Origin: an uncultured Actinomycetota bacterium
GTDB taxonomy: Bacteria; Actinomycetota; Actinomycetes; Mycobacteriales; Micromonosporaceae
Assembly: GCA_963736695.1 (NCBI GenBank)
Contig: CAVTPU010000004.1
Span: forward strand, 2,139,961-2,203,960
DNA: 64,000 bases
Direction of reading: 5' to 3'
The stretch's first letter is position 1, and each line of letters begins with the position of its first letter. Of the stretch, positions 33,479 to 42,996 are shown piece by piece. The position numbers and the translations under genes are program-made. The notes under the pieces were generated by a model. That model did not search any database. It saw nothing but the letters and a program-made list of their open reading frames with translations, and was not told the origin of the DNA.

Positions 33479-35757
33479 GCCAGAAACCTGACGCTTCCCG
33501 CACAATGTTCGCGGGCGCGGCGATGCTGCTTGCCGCCCTCGCCGCAGCCGCGGTGCTCGCTCCCGCGTCGGCGGGGCCGTCCGCACTGCGCCTCATCGCG
33601 CTGGTCGCCTTCGCCACGCTCGCTCCTGGTGCCGCCGCCATGGCCTGGACCCGTCGGGTGCGGCCCAGCGTCGCCTGGGCCACCGCGGTCGTGCTGAGTC
33701 TGTCGGTGGTCACGCTGGAGTCTGCCGTGACGGTCTGGGCCGGCTGGTGGCATCCGCGTCAAGCGGTGCTCCTGGTGGCCTTGGTGACGGCCGTGACCGC
33801 TGGCGCCGCGCTGCGCGGGGCTGGTCTGCCGACACGTGACTGGATCGCGCGGTTCTCCCGACGACGGGTCGGCGCCCGGCTCGGCTGGCGTCTGCTGGCG
33901 CTGGCCACACCCGCCGCCGTGTGGTGGTGGAGTCTTGCCCACACCGACCTTTCCTCGCTCGGCCAGTTCGGCCTGCTCGCCAGCGTGCATCCGACGTTCT
34001 TCGTCGCGGCGGCGCTCACCGTCGTCGGCCTCGTCGTCGAGGCCACCCGGGGGTCGGGTCTGCGGGTCATCGCGGGCGGCTACGCCGTACTGCTGATTTT
34101 GATCATGCACGCCACGACGCCGATCCTGCTCGACCTGCCGCAATACGCCTGGACCTACAAACACATCGGAGTGGTGGAGTTCCTCGCCACCCACGGACAC
34201 GTCGGCGACGCCGCCGACATCTATCAGCAGTGGCCGGCGTTCTTCGCCACGGTCGCCCAGCTCACCAGCGCGGTGGGCGCCGATCCCGTCGCCGCCGCCG
34301 AATGGGCTCCCGTCTTCTTCAACCTCGCCACATCGGTCGTGCTCTTCGCCATCGCCCGCACCGTCGCCACCGACCGACGGGTCGCGCTGGTCACCGTCGG
34401 AGTGTTCCAGTGCGTGAACTGGATCGAGCAGGACTATCTCGCCCCCCAGGGGCTGGCGTTCGTGCTCAGCCTCGGAGTGCTGCTCATCGTGCTGCGTTGG
34501 CTGGTCGCCGCGCCGCCGATCGGCACCGGCGGACGGTTGGGCGCCTGGCTTCGCACCGGCATGCCCGACCGCGCCACGCCCGACCGTGCCACGTCGTCGC
34601 GCGCCGGCCGCGCGGCCGCCTTGGCCGCCGCGACGCTGGTGATGGCGGCGTTGAGCGCCACCCACCAGTTGTCACCGTTCCTCGTCGCCGGATCGGTGTT
34701 CGCCCTCACCCTGCTCGGACTGGTCCGTCCATGGTGGACATCGCTGGTGCTCTTCGCCGTTCCGGTCGCCTATCTCGTCCCCCGGTTCGACTTCATCAAC
34801 AGCACCTTCGGCGTCTTCGACGGATTCGACCTGCTGCATAACGCATCCGGCAACGCCGAGACGTGGGGGTCGACCGGACAGGCGTTCTCCGCGCTCGTCG
34901 TGCGAACTCTCGCCGTCGGCGTCTGGCTCACCGTCATCGCGCTCGCGGTGCGGTCCCGCCGCGCGTTGGGCCCGATCCTCGCGCCGCTGACCCTCACCGC
35001 GATCCCGTTCGGACTCATGGTCGCGCAGAGTTATGGCGGCGAGGCGATCTATCGCGTCTATCTCTTCTCGGCGCCGTGGGCCGCTCTCATCATCTCCATT
35101 CATCTGGTACGGGTGCTGAGCCCGGCCCTGTCACCACGGCCCGCGACACCTGGGCTCACCGGCCGAATCGCGTGGCTCGTGCGCCGATCGCGCCTCGCGC
35201 CGATTCTCGCGCTCGCCGCCACCGGCGGCATGCTGCTGGCGGCCCTGCTCGCCGCGATGCAGGGTCGGCATGGCCAGCTGATGGTCGACCGGCAGAGCCG
35301 CGACGAACTCGCCGCCGCCCGCCACCTCTATGCCAGCGCCGCGCCGGGATCCACTGTGGTCTTCGCCGCGCCCGGCTTCCCTACCCGGCTCACCGCCAAC
35401 TACGCCGACGTCAACACGCACATCGCCTACGGAGACCCGGACCTCGTCACCACCGCGCAGCTGACCAGAGTGACGCTCAACGACTCCTATCTGCCGTTGA
35501 TCGAGCAGTTCGTGCGCTCGCAGGGTGCGGGCGACGCCGGGACAACCACGGGCACAGCGGTGACAGCATCTGCGGCGACGACCACGGGCGGCGCACCGTC
35601 CTATCTGGTCATCAGTGACGCAATGGACCGTTACAGCGAATATTTCGGCGCACTGCCGGAGGGGTCGCTCGACACGCTGGACGCGTCGTTGGCCGCGTCG
35701 CCGCACTGGTCGCTGCACTATCGCAACGCCAGCACCGCGATCTATCAACTCCGTTAG
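33475..35757 (+). CDS. Large polytopic membrane protein (760 aa) with a C-terminal soluble domain, possibly a GT-C-type glycosyltransferase or polymerase
   Basis: GTGA overlap at 33475-33478. It is the real C-terminal part of track ORF 31975..35757. Many TM segments are followed by a Thr/Ala-rich linker and a roughly 60-aa tail. The family is not recognised. Confidence 0.6.
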   Translation: MSQKPDASRTMFAGAAMLLAALAAAAVLAPASAGPSALRLIALVAFATLAPGAAAMAWTRRVRPSVAWATAVVLSLSVVTLESAVTVWAGWWHPRQAVLLVALVTAVTAGAALRGAGLPTRDWIARFSRRRVGARLGWRLLALATPAAVWWWSLAHTDLSSLGQFGLLASVHPTFFVAAALTVVGLVVEATRGSGLRVIAGGYAVLLILIMHATTPILLDLPQYAWTYKHIGVVEFLATHGHVGDAADIYQQWPAFFATVAQLTSAVGADPVAAAEWAPVFFNLATSVVLFAIARTVATDRRVALVTVGVFQCVNWIEQDYLAPQGLAFVLSLGVLLIVLRWLVAAPPIGTGGRLGAWLRTGMPDRATPDRATSSRAGRAAALAAATLVMAALSATHQLSPFLVAGSVFALTLLGLVRPWWTSLVLFAVPVAYLVPRFDFINSTFGVFDGFDLLHNASGNAETWGSTGQAFSALVVRTLAVGVWLTVIALAVRSRRALGPILAPLTLTAIPFGLMVAQSYGGEAIYRVYLFSAPWAALIISIHLVRVLSPALSPRPATPGLTGRIAWLVRRSRLAPILALAATGGMLLAALLAAMQGRHGQLMVDRQSRDELAAARHLYASAAPGSTVVFAAPGFPTRLTANYADVNTHIAYGDPDLVTTAQLTRVTLNDSYLPLIEQFVRSQGAGDAGTTTGTAVTASAATTTGGAPSYLVISDAMDRYSEYFGALPEGSLDTLDASLAASPHWSLHYRNASTAIYQLR

Positions 35758-35772
35758 ACGACCTATTCGGGT

Positions 35773-36702
35773 TCAGGCGTGCTTGACCCATTCCTTGCCA
35801 TCGAAGGACAGCACAGCACGGCTTCCGATCGACCACAGGACGCCATCAGCGGCGGTAAGGCGGTGGAAACCAATGGGTGCCGGGTGATCGAACTCGACCC
35901 GCTGAAGGGTGTCGCCCTCATCCAGCGTGTAGAGATCGGTCATCGTCGTCAGATAGAGCCTGCCGTCGAACCAATGGACATCCCAGATGTCGGATCGAAC
36001 GGCGGGTGCGGGTGTGACGATCTCCCAGGTGTCGGCACGTCCACGAATCAGCTGGCCCTCTTGGCCGACCACGTAGACCACACCGTCGCCGGCACAGGAG
36101 ACCGAGGTGAGGATCAGGTCGGTCAACTTCGGCGCGCTGTTCCACCCGGTGCCGTCATAGTGCCAGATCTCCCCACCCCAACCCACCGCGTAGAGATCGT
36201 CGGCGGAGAACCCGTCGATCGCCTCAAAACCAACCCGTTCATGGGTTTCCGGAGTGGGGGCGTTCATCGCGACCCACGAGTTCGCGTCGACCCGCCGATA
36301 GACCTGCCGACCCATCCCGCAGGCATACACGCGACCGTCGATCGTCTTCGCACGACGGATCATTCGCGGCGCCGGCTCAAGCTGCTCGGTGAGCGACCCG
36401 CCGCGTATGTAGACGCAGACCTGCCCGTCTTCCCCCACCACGACCAGACGCTCTTCCGGATGCTTCGCGACCGCAGCGGCGGCGCTGTCCCATCCCACCG
36501 CGATGGCGCTCGTCCACTCACTTCTATACACGCCCACGACGTTGGTGTGCGCAACGTCCCGCTCCACAAGCTCGGTCTTCTTGCTGAGCAGATAGACCAG
36601 GTCGTGATAACGAGCCACTCCACCGACGAAGGTCATCGATTCGAGGATCGACGTCGTCTCGTCATCGTGCTCGCGAACACGCAGGGCCAGCCGGTCAGTC
36701 AT
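35773..36702 (-). CDS. Beta-propeller-like repeat protein, function unknown
   Basis: 309-aa ORF with recurring blades of the type VY(A/V)VG.(G)(Q/E)(I/L)...(D/G)..W (VYACGMGRQVYRRVDANSW, LYAVGWGGEIWHYDGTGW, VYVVGQEGQLIRGRADTW, LWSIGSRAVLSFDGKEW). There is no signal peptide. Confidence 0.6.
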   Translation of the reverse strand: MTDRLALRVREHDDETTSILESMTFVGGVARYHDLVYLLSKKTELVERDVAHTNVVGVYRSEWTSAIAVGWDSAAAAVAKHPEERLVVVGEDGQVCVYIRGGSLTEQLEPAPRMIRRAKTIDGRVYACGMGRQVYRRVDANSWVAMNAPTPETHERVGFEAIDGFSADDLYAVGWGGEIWHYDGTGWNSAPKLTDLILTSVSCAGDGVVYVVGQEGQLIRGRADTWEIVTPAPAVRSDIWDVHWFDGRLYLTTMTDLYTLDEGDTLQRVEFDHPAPIGFHRLTAADGVLWSIGSRAVLSFDGKEWVKHA

Positions 36703-36741
36703 AACCGGGCACGGTAACAGGCTCGCCCATGCCGGGCCGGC

Positions 36742-37545
36742 TCAGGTGAGGCGATGCCCCAGCCCGCGATAGGCGATCCGTCGAACCGCTCGCCACGCCG
36801 GGGTCGCGGCCCGCTTCGCGGTCGCCTCCAGCCGGGGTTCACCCACACTGACCAGGTGCACCATGTCGGCGCCGGAGTGCTCGTCGGTGGCCTGCAGACG
36901 GGCGATCGCCAACCGATTCCCTTCGGGCGTCGCCAGTCGACGGCCCACCTCGCAGGCCGTGTCGTGGCCGGCGGCGGCGACAATCGCCCGCACGGCACGG
37001 GAGTGATAGCCGTGCGGATAGGCGAAAGAACGCACCGGCACACCGAGCCGTTGTCGCAACCGGTCGGCAGCGGTCCGCACCTCGCCGGCCACCTGGCGCA
37101 GCGGCAGCACGTCGAGCGGGTGATGCACGAGGCTGTGGTTGCCGATCTCGATGCCGGCGGCGGAGACCTCGGCGAGCTCCGCCCAGGTGAGCAGTGGGCC
37201 GACCACTGGCGCCGCGTCACCGAGCCAGTTTGCCGACCGTCCAATGTGTCCGACGGACTGATAGAGCGTGGCATTGGCTCCACAGTGGGCGAGCACGGGC
37301 AGGGCGGCGGTGAGAAAGTCGCGGAAACCGTCGTCGAAGGTGAGCGCGACTACCCGTACCCGTGGATCTCGGGCACGGCGGCGCAGCGCCTCGGTGAGAC
37401 CGACCAGCGCGTAGCCCGCGTGGCCGAGTGCGGTGAGCTGGTCACGCAGGCGCGCCGGCGACACGACGAGGTCGCGGATCGCGGCGGGAGCCTCGTCGGC
37501 GATCGAGTGATACATCAACACCGGCAGGTCAGGCGCTGCGGGCAT
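36742..37545 (-). CDS. Polysaccharide deacetylase (CE4)
   Basis: The start is MPAAPDLPVLMYHSI at 37545. Motifs are LTFDDGFRDF and NHSLVHHP. The upstream part of track ORF 36742..38013 is an out-of-frame overlap with the GH16 gene. Confidence 0.82.
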   Translation of the reverse strand: MPAAPDLPVLMYHSIADEAPAAIRDLVVSPARLRDQLTALGHAGYALVGLTEALRRRARDPRVRVVALTFDDGFRDFLTAALPVLAHCGANATLYQSVGHIGRSANWLGDAAPVVGPLLTWAELAEVSAAGIEIGNHSLVHHPLDVLPLRQVAGEVRTAADRLRQRLGVPVRSFAYPHGYHSRAVRAIVAAAGHDTACEVGRRLATPEGNRLAIARLQATDEHSGADMVHLVSVGEPRLEATAKRAATPAWRAVRRIAYRGLGHRLT

Positions 37546-38638
37546 AGGCGACCACCCAGTCGATCTCCAGGTTGACCCGTTTCGGCGTGCTCGCGTCGGG
37601 GCACGCCTGCCAGCTGTTGCCGCAGTGCCACGCCTGTGACTGCAGGGCCAGTGACATCGGGTCGTTCGACGGCACCCGGTTGTCGGTGATGGTCGACCAC
37701 GGCCGGCCGTCGAGGGTATAGGTGATGCGGCCGGGACTCCACTGGATGCCGGCGGTGTGCCATTGGGTCGTGTCGACAGCGATGTTGCGTTCGATGTGGG
37801 CGTCGCCGTCGGCGGAGTGCATCGTGGTGAAGAGGCGGTCGCGGTTCTTGCCGTTGTCTTCGGCGATGTCGATCTCGGGCAGGTGCGCGTTGCCGGTGGG
37901 CCACAACAGCAACGCGTAGGCGATGCCGGTGCCCCGGTCCATGCGGAAGCGGATCTCGTATTTGCCGTAGACCTGCGACAGCGCGTTGCGGTTGGAGACT
38001 CCGCCGCTGACATACATGTCGCGCCGCTGCGGGTCGGGCCAGGCGCCGATCGTCAGTTTGCTGTCGCGTAGTTTGACCCGCGACGATGAGAAGTAGCCGC
38101 CGGGGTCGCCGATGGGCGCCCCGTCATAGGAGACCCAGTCGGAGCCGAGGGATCGCCGGCTGAAGTCGTCGGCGAAGACCTGGCGCCATCCCGCTTGGTT
38201 ACCCCGAGGCATGGGTACGTCGGAGCCGACCGCGCCGCCACGCCCGGCCCGGGTGTCGCCGGTCGCCGGCGCCGACGGGGTCGTGTCGGTGTCCGCCTCG
38301 CCGGCCCCATCGTCACGGGAGGCTGGCAGCAGCGAGCCGTAACCGACCACGATGACGAGCAGCGTGAGGAGCCCGACGAGGGCGACACGAATCGCCCGGC
38401 GGTGGGGACGGCCGGGCGCGGCTGAACCGGCCTCGGCCGGACCGGCGGGGGCTGGAGAGGTTGGCGCGCCGGATGTGACGCCTGGCGTCTCGCGTGAGTC
38501 TCCGAGCGTCAGCTCGGCGATGGGCGCGCGGCTCGGGTCAGTGGGCACTCGATTGGATCTCCGTAGGCTGGGGGCATACGTACCTTTCGAGTGTAATAAC
38601 CCGAGCCTTGGGTGGAGCCAAAACAAGATCAAGGTCAT
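37529..38638 (-). CDS. Membrane-anchored GH16 glycoside hydrolase (beta-glucanase/laminarinase-like)
   Basis: TM anchor AIRVALVGLLTLLVIVVGYG and catalytic motif EIDIAED. The start codon is uncertain. Confidence 0.78.
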   Translation of the reverse strand: MTLILFWLHPRLGLLHSKGTYAPSLRRSNRVPTDPSRAPIAELTLGDSRETPGVTSGAPTSPAPAGPAEAGSAAPGRPHRRAIRVALVGLLTLLVIVVGYGSLLPASRDDGAGEADTDTTPSAPATGDTRAGRGGAVGSDVPMPRGNQAGWRQVFADDFSRRSLGSDWVSYDGAPIGDPGGYFSSSRVKLRDSKLTIGAWPDPQRRDMYVSGGVSNRNALSQVYGKYEIRFRMDRGTGIAYALLLWPTGNAHLPEIDIAEDNGKNRDRLFTTMHSADGDAHIERNIAVDTTQWHTAGIQWSPGRITYTLDGRPWSTITDNRVPSNDPMSLALQSQAWHCGNSWQACPDASTPKRVNLEIDWVVAYARSA

Positions 38639-38686
38639 GCCGGTGAGGGGCCGTGCGGCGGCGCCAGACGGCCCCTCACCGCATGA

Positions 38687-39667
38687 TCAGCTGAGCCCGC
38701 CGAAGAGGGTCGTCACCGAGCCGTCGTCGAAGACCTCGCGAATCGCGCGGGCCAACAGCGGGGCTATGGAGAGCACGGTGATCTTGTCGAGCTGTTTCTC
38801 GGCCGACAGCGGCAGTGTGTTGGTCACCACGACCTCACTGATCTTGCTGTTGCGCAGGCGGTCGGTGGCCGGATCGGAGAGCAACGCGTGCGTGGAGGCG
38901 ACGATGATGTCGGCGGCACCTTGATCCTGCAGAATCTCCGCGGCACCACAGATCGTGCCACCCGTGTCGATCATGTCGTCGACGATGAGCGCCACCCGCC
39001 CCTCGACGTCACCGATGACCCGGTTGGCGACCACCTGGTTGGGCTTGTGCGGATCACGAGTCTTGTGAATGAACGCGAGCGGGCTCCCGTTGAGCCGATC
39101 CGCCCACCGCTCGGCCACTCGCACCCGACCCGAGTCCGGCGCGACGACAGTGATCGCCCGACCCTGATAGCGGTCCTCGACATAGCTGGCGAGGATATCC
39201 ATCGCGAAGAGGTGATCCACCGGACCGTCGAAGAAACCCTGGATCTGGGCGGTGTGCAGATCGACGGTGAGAATCCGGTTGGCGCCGGCGGTTTTGAACA
39301 GGTCCGCGACGAGCCGGGCCGAGATCGGCTCCCGACCGCGATGCTTCTTGTCCTGCCGGGCATAGGGATAGAACGGCAACACCACGGTGATCCGCTTCGC
39401 CGAACCGCGCTTGAGAGCGTCGATCATGACGAGCGTCTCCATCACCCACGTGTTGACCGGCGGAGACATCGATTGCACGACGAAGGCGTCGGTGCCGCGC
39501 ACCGACTCCTTATAGCGGACGAAGACCTCGCCGGAGGCGAAGTCATAGATATCGGTCGGAGTGGGCGTCACGCCGAGCACAGTGCCGATCTCGTCGGCAA
39601 GGCCTGGGGCGGCCCGCCCGGAGAAGAGCATCAGCGTCTTCCGGTTCTCCGAACGGATCATGTTCAT
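38687..39667 (-). CDS. prs: Ribose-phosphate pyrophosphokinase
   Basis: ...LVVDDMIDTGGTI..., ...YARQDKK.... Confidence 0.93.
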   Translation of the reverse strand: MNMIRSENRKTLMLFSGRAAPGLADEIGTVLGVTPTPTDIYDFASGEVFVRYKESVRGTDAFVVQSMSPPVNTWVMETLVMIDALKRGSAKRITVVLPFYPYARQDKKHRGREPISARLVADLFKTAGANRILTVDLHTAQIQGFFDGPVDHLFAMDILASYVEDRYQGRAITVVAPDSGRVRVAERWADRLNGSPLAFIHKTRDPHKPNQVVANRVIGDVEGRVALIVDDMIDTGGTICGAAEILQDQGAADIIVASTHALLSDPATDRLRNSKISEVVVTNTLPLSAEKQLDKITVLSIAPLLARAIREVFDDGSVTTLFGGLS

Positions 39668-39807
39668 CGGCGGTTCGCTTCCCGTCTAACGTGGGTGACC
39701 TGCTCGTTCGCTTGCAGTATCACCCGCGCCACGTCAGCCCCATGCGGCAGCCCGCGACGTTGGGGAATATGCCACGCCCGATCGGTCCGATCGGCCCGGC
39801 CCCGGCC

Positions 39808-41271
39808 TCAATCGTCACCATCCGCGGCCGCCTCCGTGACGTCACGTGCGGCGTTCGCGGCTGTCGCGGCCCGCGCGGCGGCGGTGCCCGCCCGGCGGCG
39901 CAGCACCCAGTCTTCGACGTTGCGTTGCTGCGCCCGGCCGACCCCCAGCGCCCCCGGCGGGACATCCTTGACGATCACGCTGCCGGCCGCCGTATAGGCG
40001 CCGTCGCCGACGGTGACCGGCGCGACCAGCATGGTGTCCGATCCGGTGCGCACGTGTGATCCCACGATGGTGCGGTGCTTCGTCACCCCGTCATAGTTGA
40101 CCACGACGTTGGCCGCGCCGATATTGCTCTGCTCACCAATCGTCGCATCGCCCACATAGGACAGGTGCGGGATCTTCGATCCGGCGCCGACCTCGGAGTT
40201 CTTTACCTCGACGAAGGTCCCGACCTTGCTCGCCGGATGCAACACCGTGCCTGGGCGCAGATAGGCATATGGTCCGATCAGCACCCGTTCGCCGATCGCG
40301 GCCTGCACCGCGTGGGCCCGGGTCACCTGGGCGCCGGTCCCGATCGAGCAGTCGATGATGGTGGTGTCCGGACCCACCGTCGCGCCCCGACCGACCACAG
40401 TGGATCCACGAAGATGGGTGCTGGGCTCGATCACCGAGTCGGGTTCCAGGGTCACGGTGACATCGATCCAGGTCGTCGCGGGGTCGATGATGGTCACCCC
40501 GGCACGCATCCAGTCCCGGTTGACCTGGTCGCGCAGCAAGGCCCGCAGGGTGGCGAGCTCCACCCGGTCGTTGCAGCCGAGCACCTCGGTGCTGTCGGTC
40601 GCCGGCCACGCCGTCACTGTGCGCCCCGAGTCGACCAACAGGGCGACCGCGTCGGTCAGATACTCCTCGCCCTGGTCGTTGTGGGTGGTGAGCTTGCCCA
40701 ACGCCTGACCGAGCAGTGCGGCGTCGCAGGCATAGAGGCCCGCGTTGATCTCCTGAATGGCTCGCTGCTCAATGGTCGCGTCGCGCTCCTCGACGATCGC
40801 GTCAACGGCGCCGGTGGCGGGGTTTCGCACAATCCGACCGAAGCCGTACGGGTCGGTGAGGTGTGCGGTCAGCACGGTGACCGCCGACGCGGTGGCGTCG
40901 TGACACGCCACGAGGTCGACGAGGGTCTCTGGCCGCAGCAACGGCACGTCGGCGTTGATGATCACAACGGTCCCGGTGGTGATCCCGGCCGACTCCAAGG
41001 CGACTCTGGCCGCGTGTCCGGTGCCTCGCTGCTCGGTCTGCTCAACGGTGATCACCTCGGGGGCGATCTCGTCGAGGTGCGTCGCGACCCGCTCGGCTCC
41101 GTGGCCCACCACCACGATGGTCCGGTCCGGACGCACCGCCTGCGCGGCGGCGAGCACGTGGCCGATAAGGGTGCGACCGAGAAGCGGATGCAGGACCTTC
41201 GGCGTCGTCTCGGACTTCATCCGCTTACCCTCGCCTGCGGCGAGGATGACTACCGTGCGTGGTTCGGTCAT
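39808..41271 (-). CDS. glmU: Bifunctional UDP-GlcNAc pyrophosphorylase / GlcN-1-P N-acetyltransferase
   Basis: ...VVILAAGEGKRMKS... followed by left-handed beta-helix hexapeptide repeats in the C-terminal half. Confidence 0.93.
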   Translation of the reverse strand: MTEPRTVVILAAGEGKRMKSETTPKVLHPLLGRTLIGHVLAAAQAVRPDRTIVVVGHGAERVATHLDEIAPEVITVEQTEQRGTGHAARVALESAGITTGTVVIINADVPLLRPETLVDLVACHDATASAVTVLTAHLTDPYGFGRIVRNPATGAVDAIVEERDATIEQRAIQEINAGLYACDAALLGQALGKLTTHNDQGEEYLTDAVALLVDSGRTVTAWPATDSTEVLGCNDRVELATLRALLRDQVNRDWMRAGVTIIDPATTWIDVTVTLEPDSVIEPSTHLRGSTVVGRGATVGPDTTIIDCSIGTGAQVTRAHAVQAAIGERVLIGPYAYLRPGTVLHPASKVGTFVEVKNSEVGAGSKIPHLSYVGDATIGEQSNIGAANVVVNYDGVTKHRTIVGSHVRTGSDTMLVAPVTVGDGAYTAAGSVIVKDVPPGALGVGRAQQRNVEDWVLRRRAGTAAARAATAANAARDVTEAAADGDD

Positions 41272-41423
41272 TGGCCAGCTCCCATCACCACAGAACGTCC
41301 GATGAGCCTCATGCTAGTCAGCGACGCGGGCCGGCAGAGTCCCGCCCGCGTAAGACCCGCCCCGCGGGCGTGGTCGGGAGTGGCTGATCGGGGCACAGCC
41401 GCCGCCGATCAATACTGATGCTG

Positions 41424-41496
41424 CTGGGACGCCTGGACTCGAACCAGGACCTTCCACATCCAAAGTGTGGCGGGCTGCCAATTACCCCACGTCCCA
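41424..41496 (-). tRNA. tRNA-Gln (anticodon UUG)
   Basis: Hand-folded cloverleaf: acceptor TGGGACG/CGTCCCA, anticodon stem CCACA/TGTGG with loop CTTTGGA, T arm CCTGG-TTCGAGT-CCAGG, discriminator G. CCA is not encoded. Confidence 0.9.
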
Positions 41497-41903
41497 TCCT
41501 GGTCCGTCAGCCTAGCGGGTCGGAACCGAGACCGTCGTCCGGGTTTTGCTCCGTGGCGCGGCGGGCCGCCCCTTTTTACCACACGTGACCGGGTCGGCCC
41601 GCCGCGACCCAGGTGCGCGGCTCGAATCGATGACGCCCGGTGGTGGGCTACGGCTACGTCACCGTAGGCCGAGATGGCCGGTGGGCGTCGAATCGACACA
41701 CGTACGATGACCGGGCCTGGATGATCGGGTTGCCAGAGTCGGACCGGCGATGACGTCGGACGAAACCGCCGGACGAGACGACCGGCATGACGAGCGGGAT
41801 GCGGTGCCGGGTGACGACGGAGAAGGACGTTGAGATCCATGGGGGAAGTGCCGGTGACGGCACCCAACGCACCCGGCCGCAACCCAATCACGGCAAGGTC
41901 CGC

Positions 41904-42506
41904 ATGTCGTCGGCACAACGCCGCGAACAGCTTATCGCCGTGGGCCGTCGTGTCTTCGCCGAGAAGGGCATCGACGCCACCTCGGTCGAGGAGGTCGCGG
42001 CGCGGGCCAAGGTCTCCAAACCGGTGATCTACGAACACTTTGGGGGCAAGGAAGGCCTCTACGCCGTGGTGGTCGACAGGGAGGTGCGCGCGCTGCTCGA
42101 CCGAGTCACCACCGCGCTGACCGCCGGGCATCCCAGGGAGCTGCTCGAGCAGGCGGCACTCGCGTTGCTCGACTATATCGAGGAGGAGGCCGACGGCTTT
42201 CGCGTGCTTGTGCGCGAGTCGCCGGTCGGCTCGTCGACGGGCAATTTCTCGTCGGTGCTCAACGACGTGGCGCACCAGGTCGAACACATCCTCGGGTCGG
42301 AGTTCAAGTCCCGCGGCTTTGACCCGAAGCTCGCCGAGCTCTATTCGCAGGCACTGGTCGGCATGGTCGCGCTCACCGGGCGATGGTGGTTGGATGCGCG
42401 CCGGCCGCGCAAGGAGACAGTCGCCGGCCATCTGGTGAATCTCGCCTGGAACGGGCTGTCAAACCTGGAGTCCAAGCCCGCGTTGACCACCCGGAAGCGA
42501 CACTGA
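41904..42506 (+). CDS. TetR-family transcriptional regulator
   Basis: MSSAQRREQLIAVGRRVFAEKGIDATSVEEVAARAKVSKPVIYEHFGGKEGLY.... The track ORF starts earlier, at 41787. Confidence 0.88.
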   Translation: MSSAQRREQLIAVGRRVFAEKGIDATSVEEVAARAKVSKPVIYEHFGGKEGLYAVVVDREVRALLDRVTTALTAGHPRELLEQAALALLDYIEEEADGFRVLVRESPVGSSTGNFSSVLNDVAHQVEHILGSEFKSRGFDPKLAELYSQALVGMVALTGRWWLDARRPRKETVAGHLVNLAWNGLSNLESKPALTTRKRH

Positions 42507-42509
42507 CCG

Positions 42510-42977
42510 TCAGGCGAAGTTTCCCCCGTGGCGGAACGACTCCTCACATCCCACGTCCGCCGAACTGCCGACCTTGCCATAGAGACCGGCGGTGAGCAGC
42601 ACTGTGCCGATGATGAACGAGACGACGCACGTCGCCATGGTGAATCCGAGCAGGTTCAGCCCGGTGCGCAACAGGGTCATCATCGCGAATCCCGCGACGA
42701 GGAAGACCGATCCGCCGATGAGGTTGATCCATCGATCGAGGTTGCCGCCGAGAAACCCGCCGACCACGACGATCGCGCCGGCCACGATGGAGAGGATCGC
42801 GAAGGAGAGGTTGGTCTTGAGCCCGAGCACCCAGGGCAGCCCGTCTTGGGCGAACATCGGTTCTCCCCGCGTCTGCACCACGCCCGCGATGCCGAAGATC
42901 AACACGTAGAGCCCGCAGACGACGGCGAGCCCCCGATAGAGCGGCTGCAGGCGATGGTTGACCGGGATATGCGCCAT
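42510..42977 (-). CDS. DUF4383-like small membrane protein (4 TM helices)
   Basis: MAHIPVNHRLQPLYRGLAVVCGLYVLIFGIAGV.... The ATG at 42977 is preferred over the track start at 43073. Confidence 0.6.
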   Translation of the reverse strand: MAHIPVNHRLQPLYRGLAVVCGLYVLIFGIAGVVQTRGEPMFAQDGLPWVLGLKTNLSFAILSIVAGAIVVVGGFLGGNLDRWINLIGGSVFLVAGFAMMTLLRTGLNLLGFTMATCVVSFIIGTVLLTAGLYGKVGSSADVGCEESFRHGGNFA

Positions 42978-42996
42978 GCCTGCATTGTCCGACTCC

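Noticed and set aside
41424-41496. tRNA-Gln as an integration hotspot for a genomic island
   Set aside because: There is no integrase nearby, I found no repeat of the tRNA 3' end, and the flanking genes (glmU, TetR) follow the conserved core order.
41409-42431. 340-aa minus-strand ORF
   Set aside because: It runs through the tRNA-Gln gene and is antisense to the TetR gene. Its composition is not protein-like.
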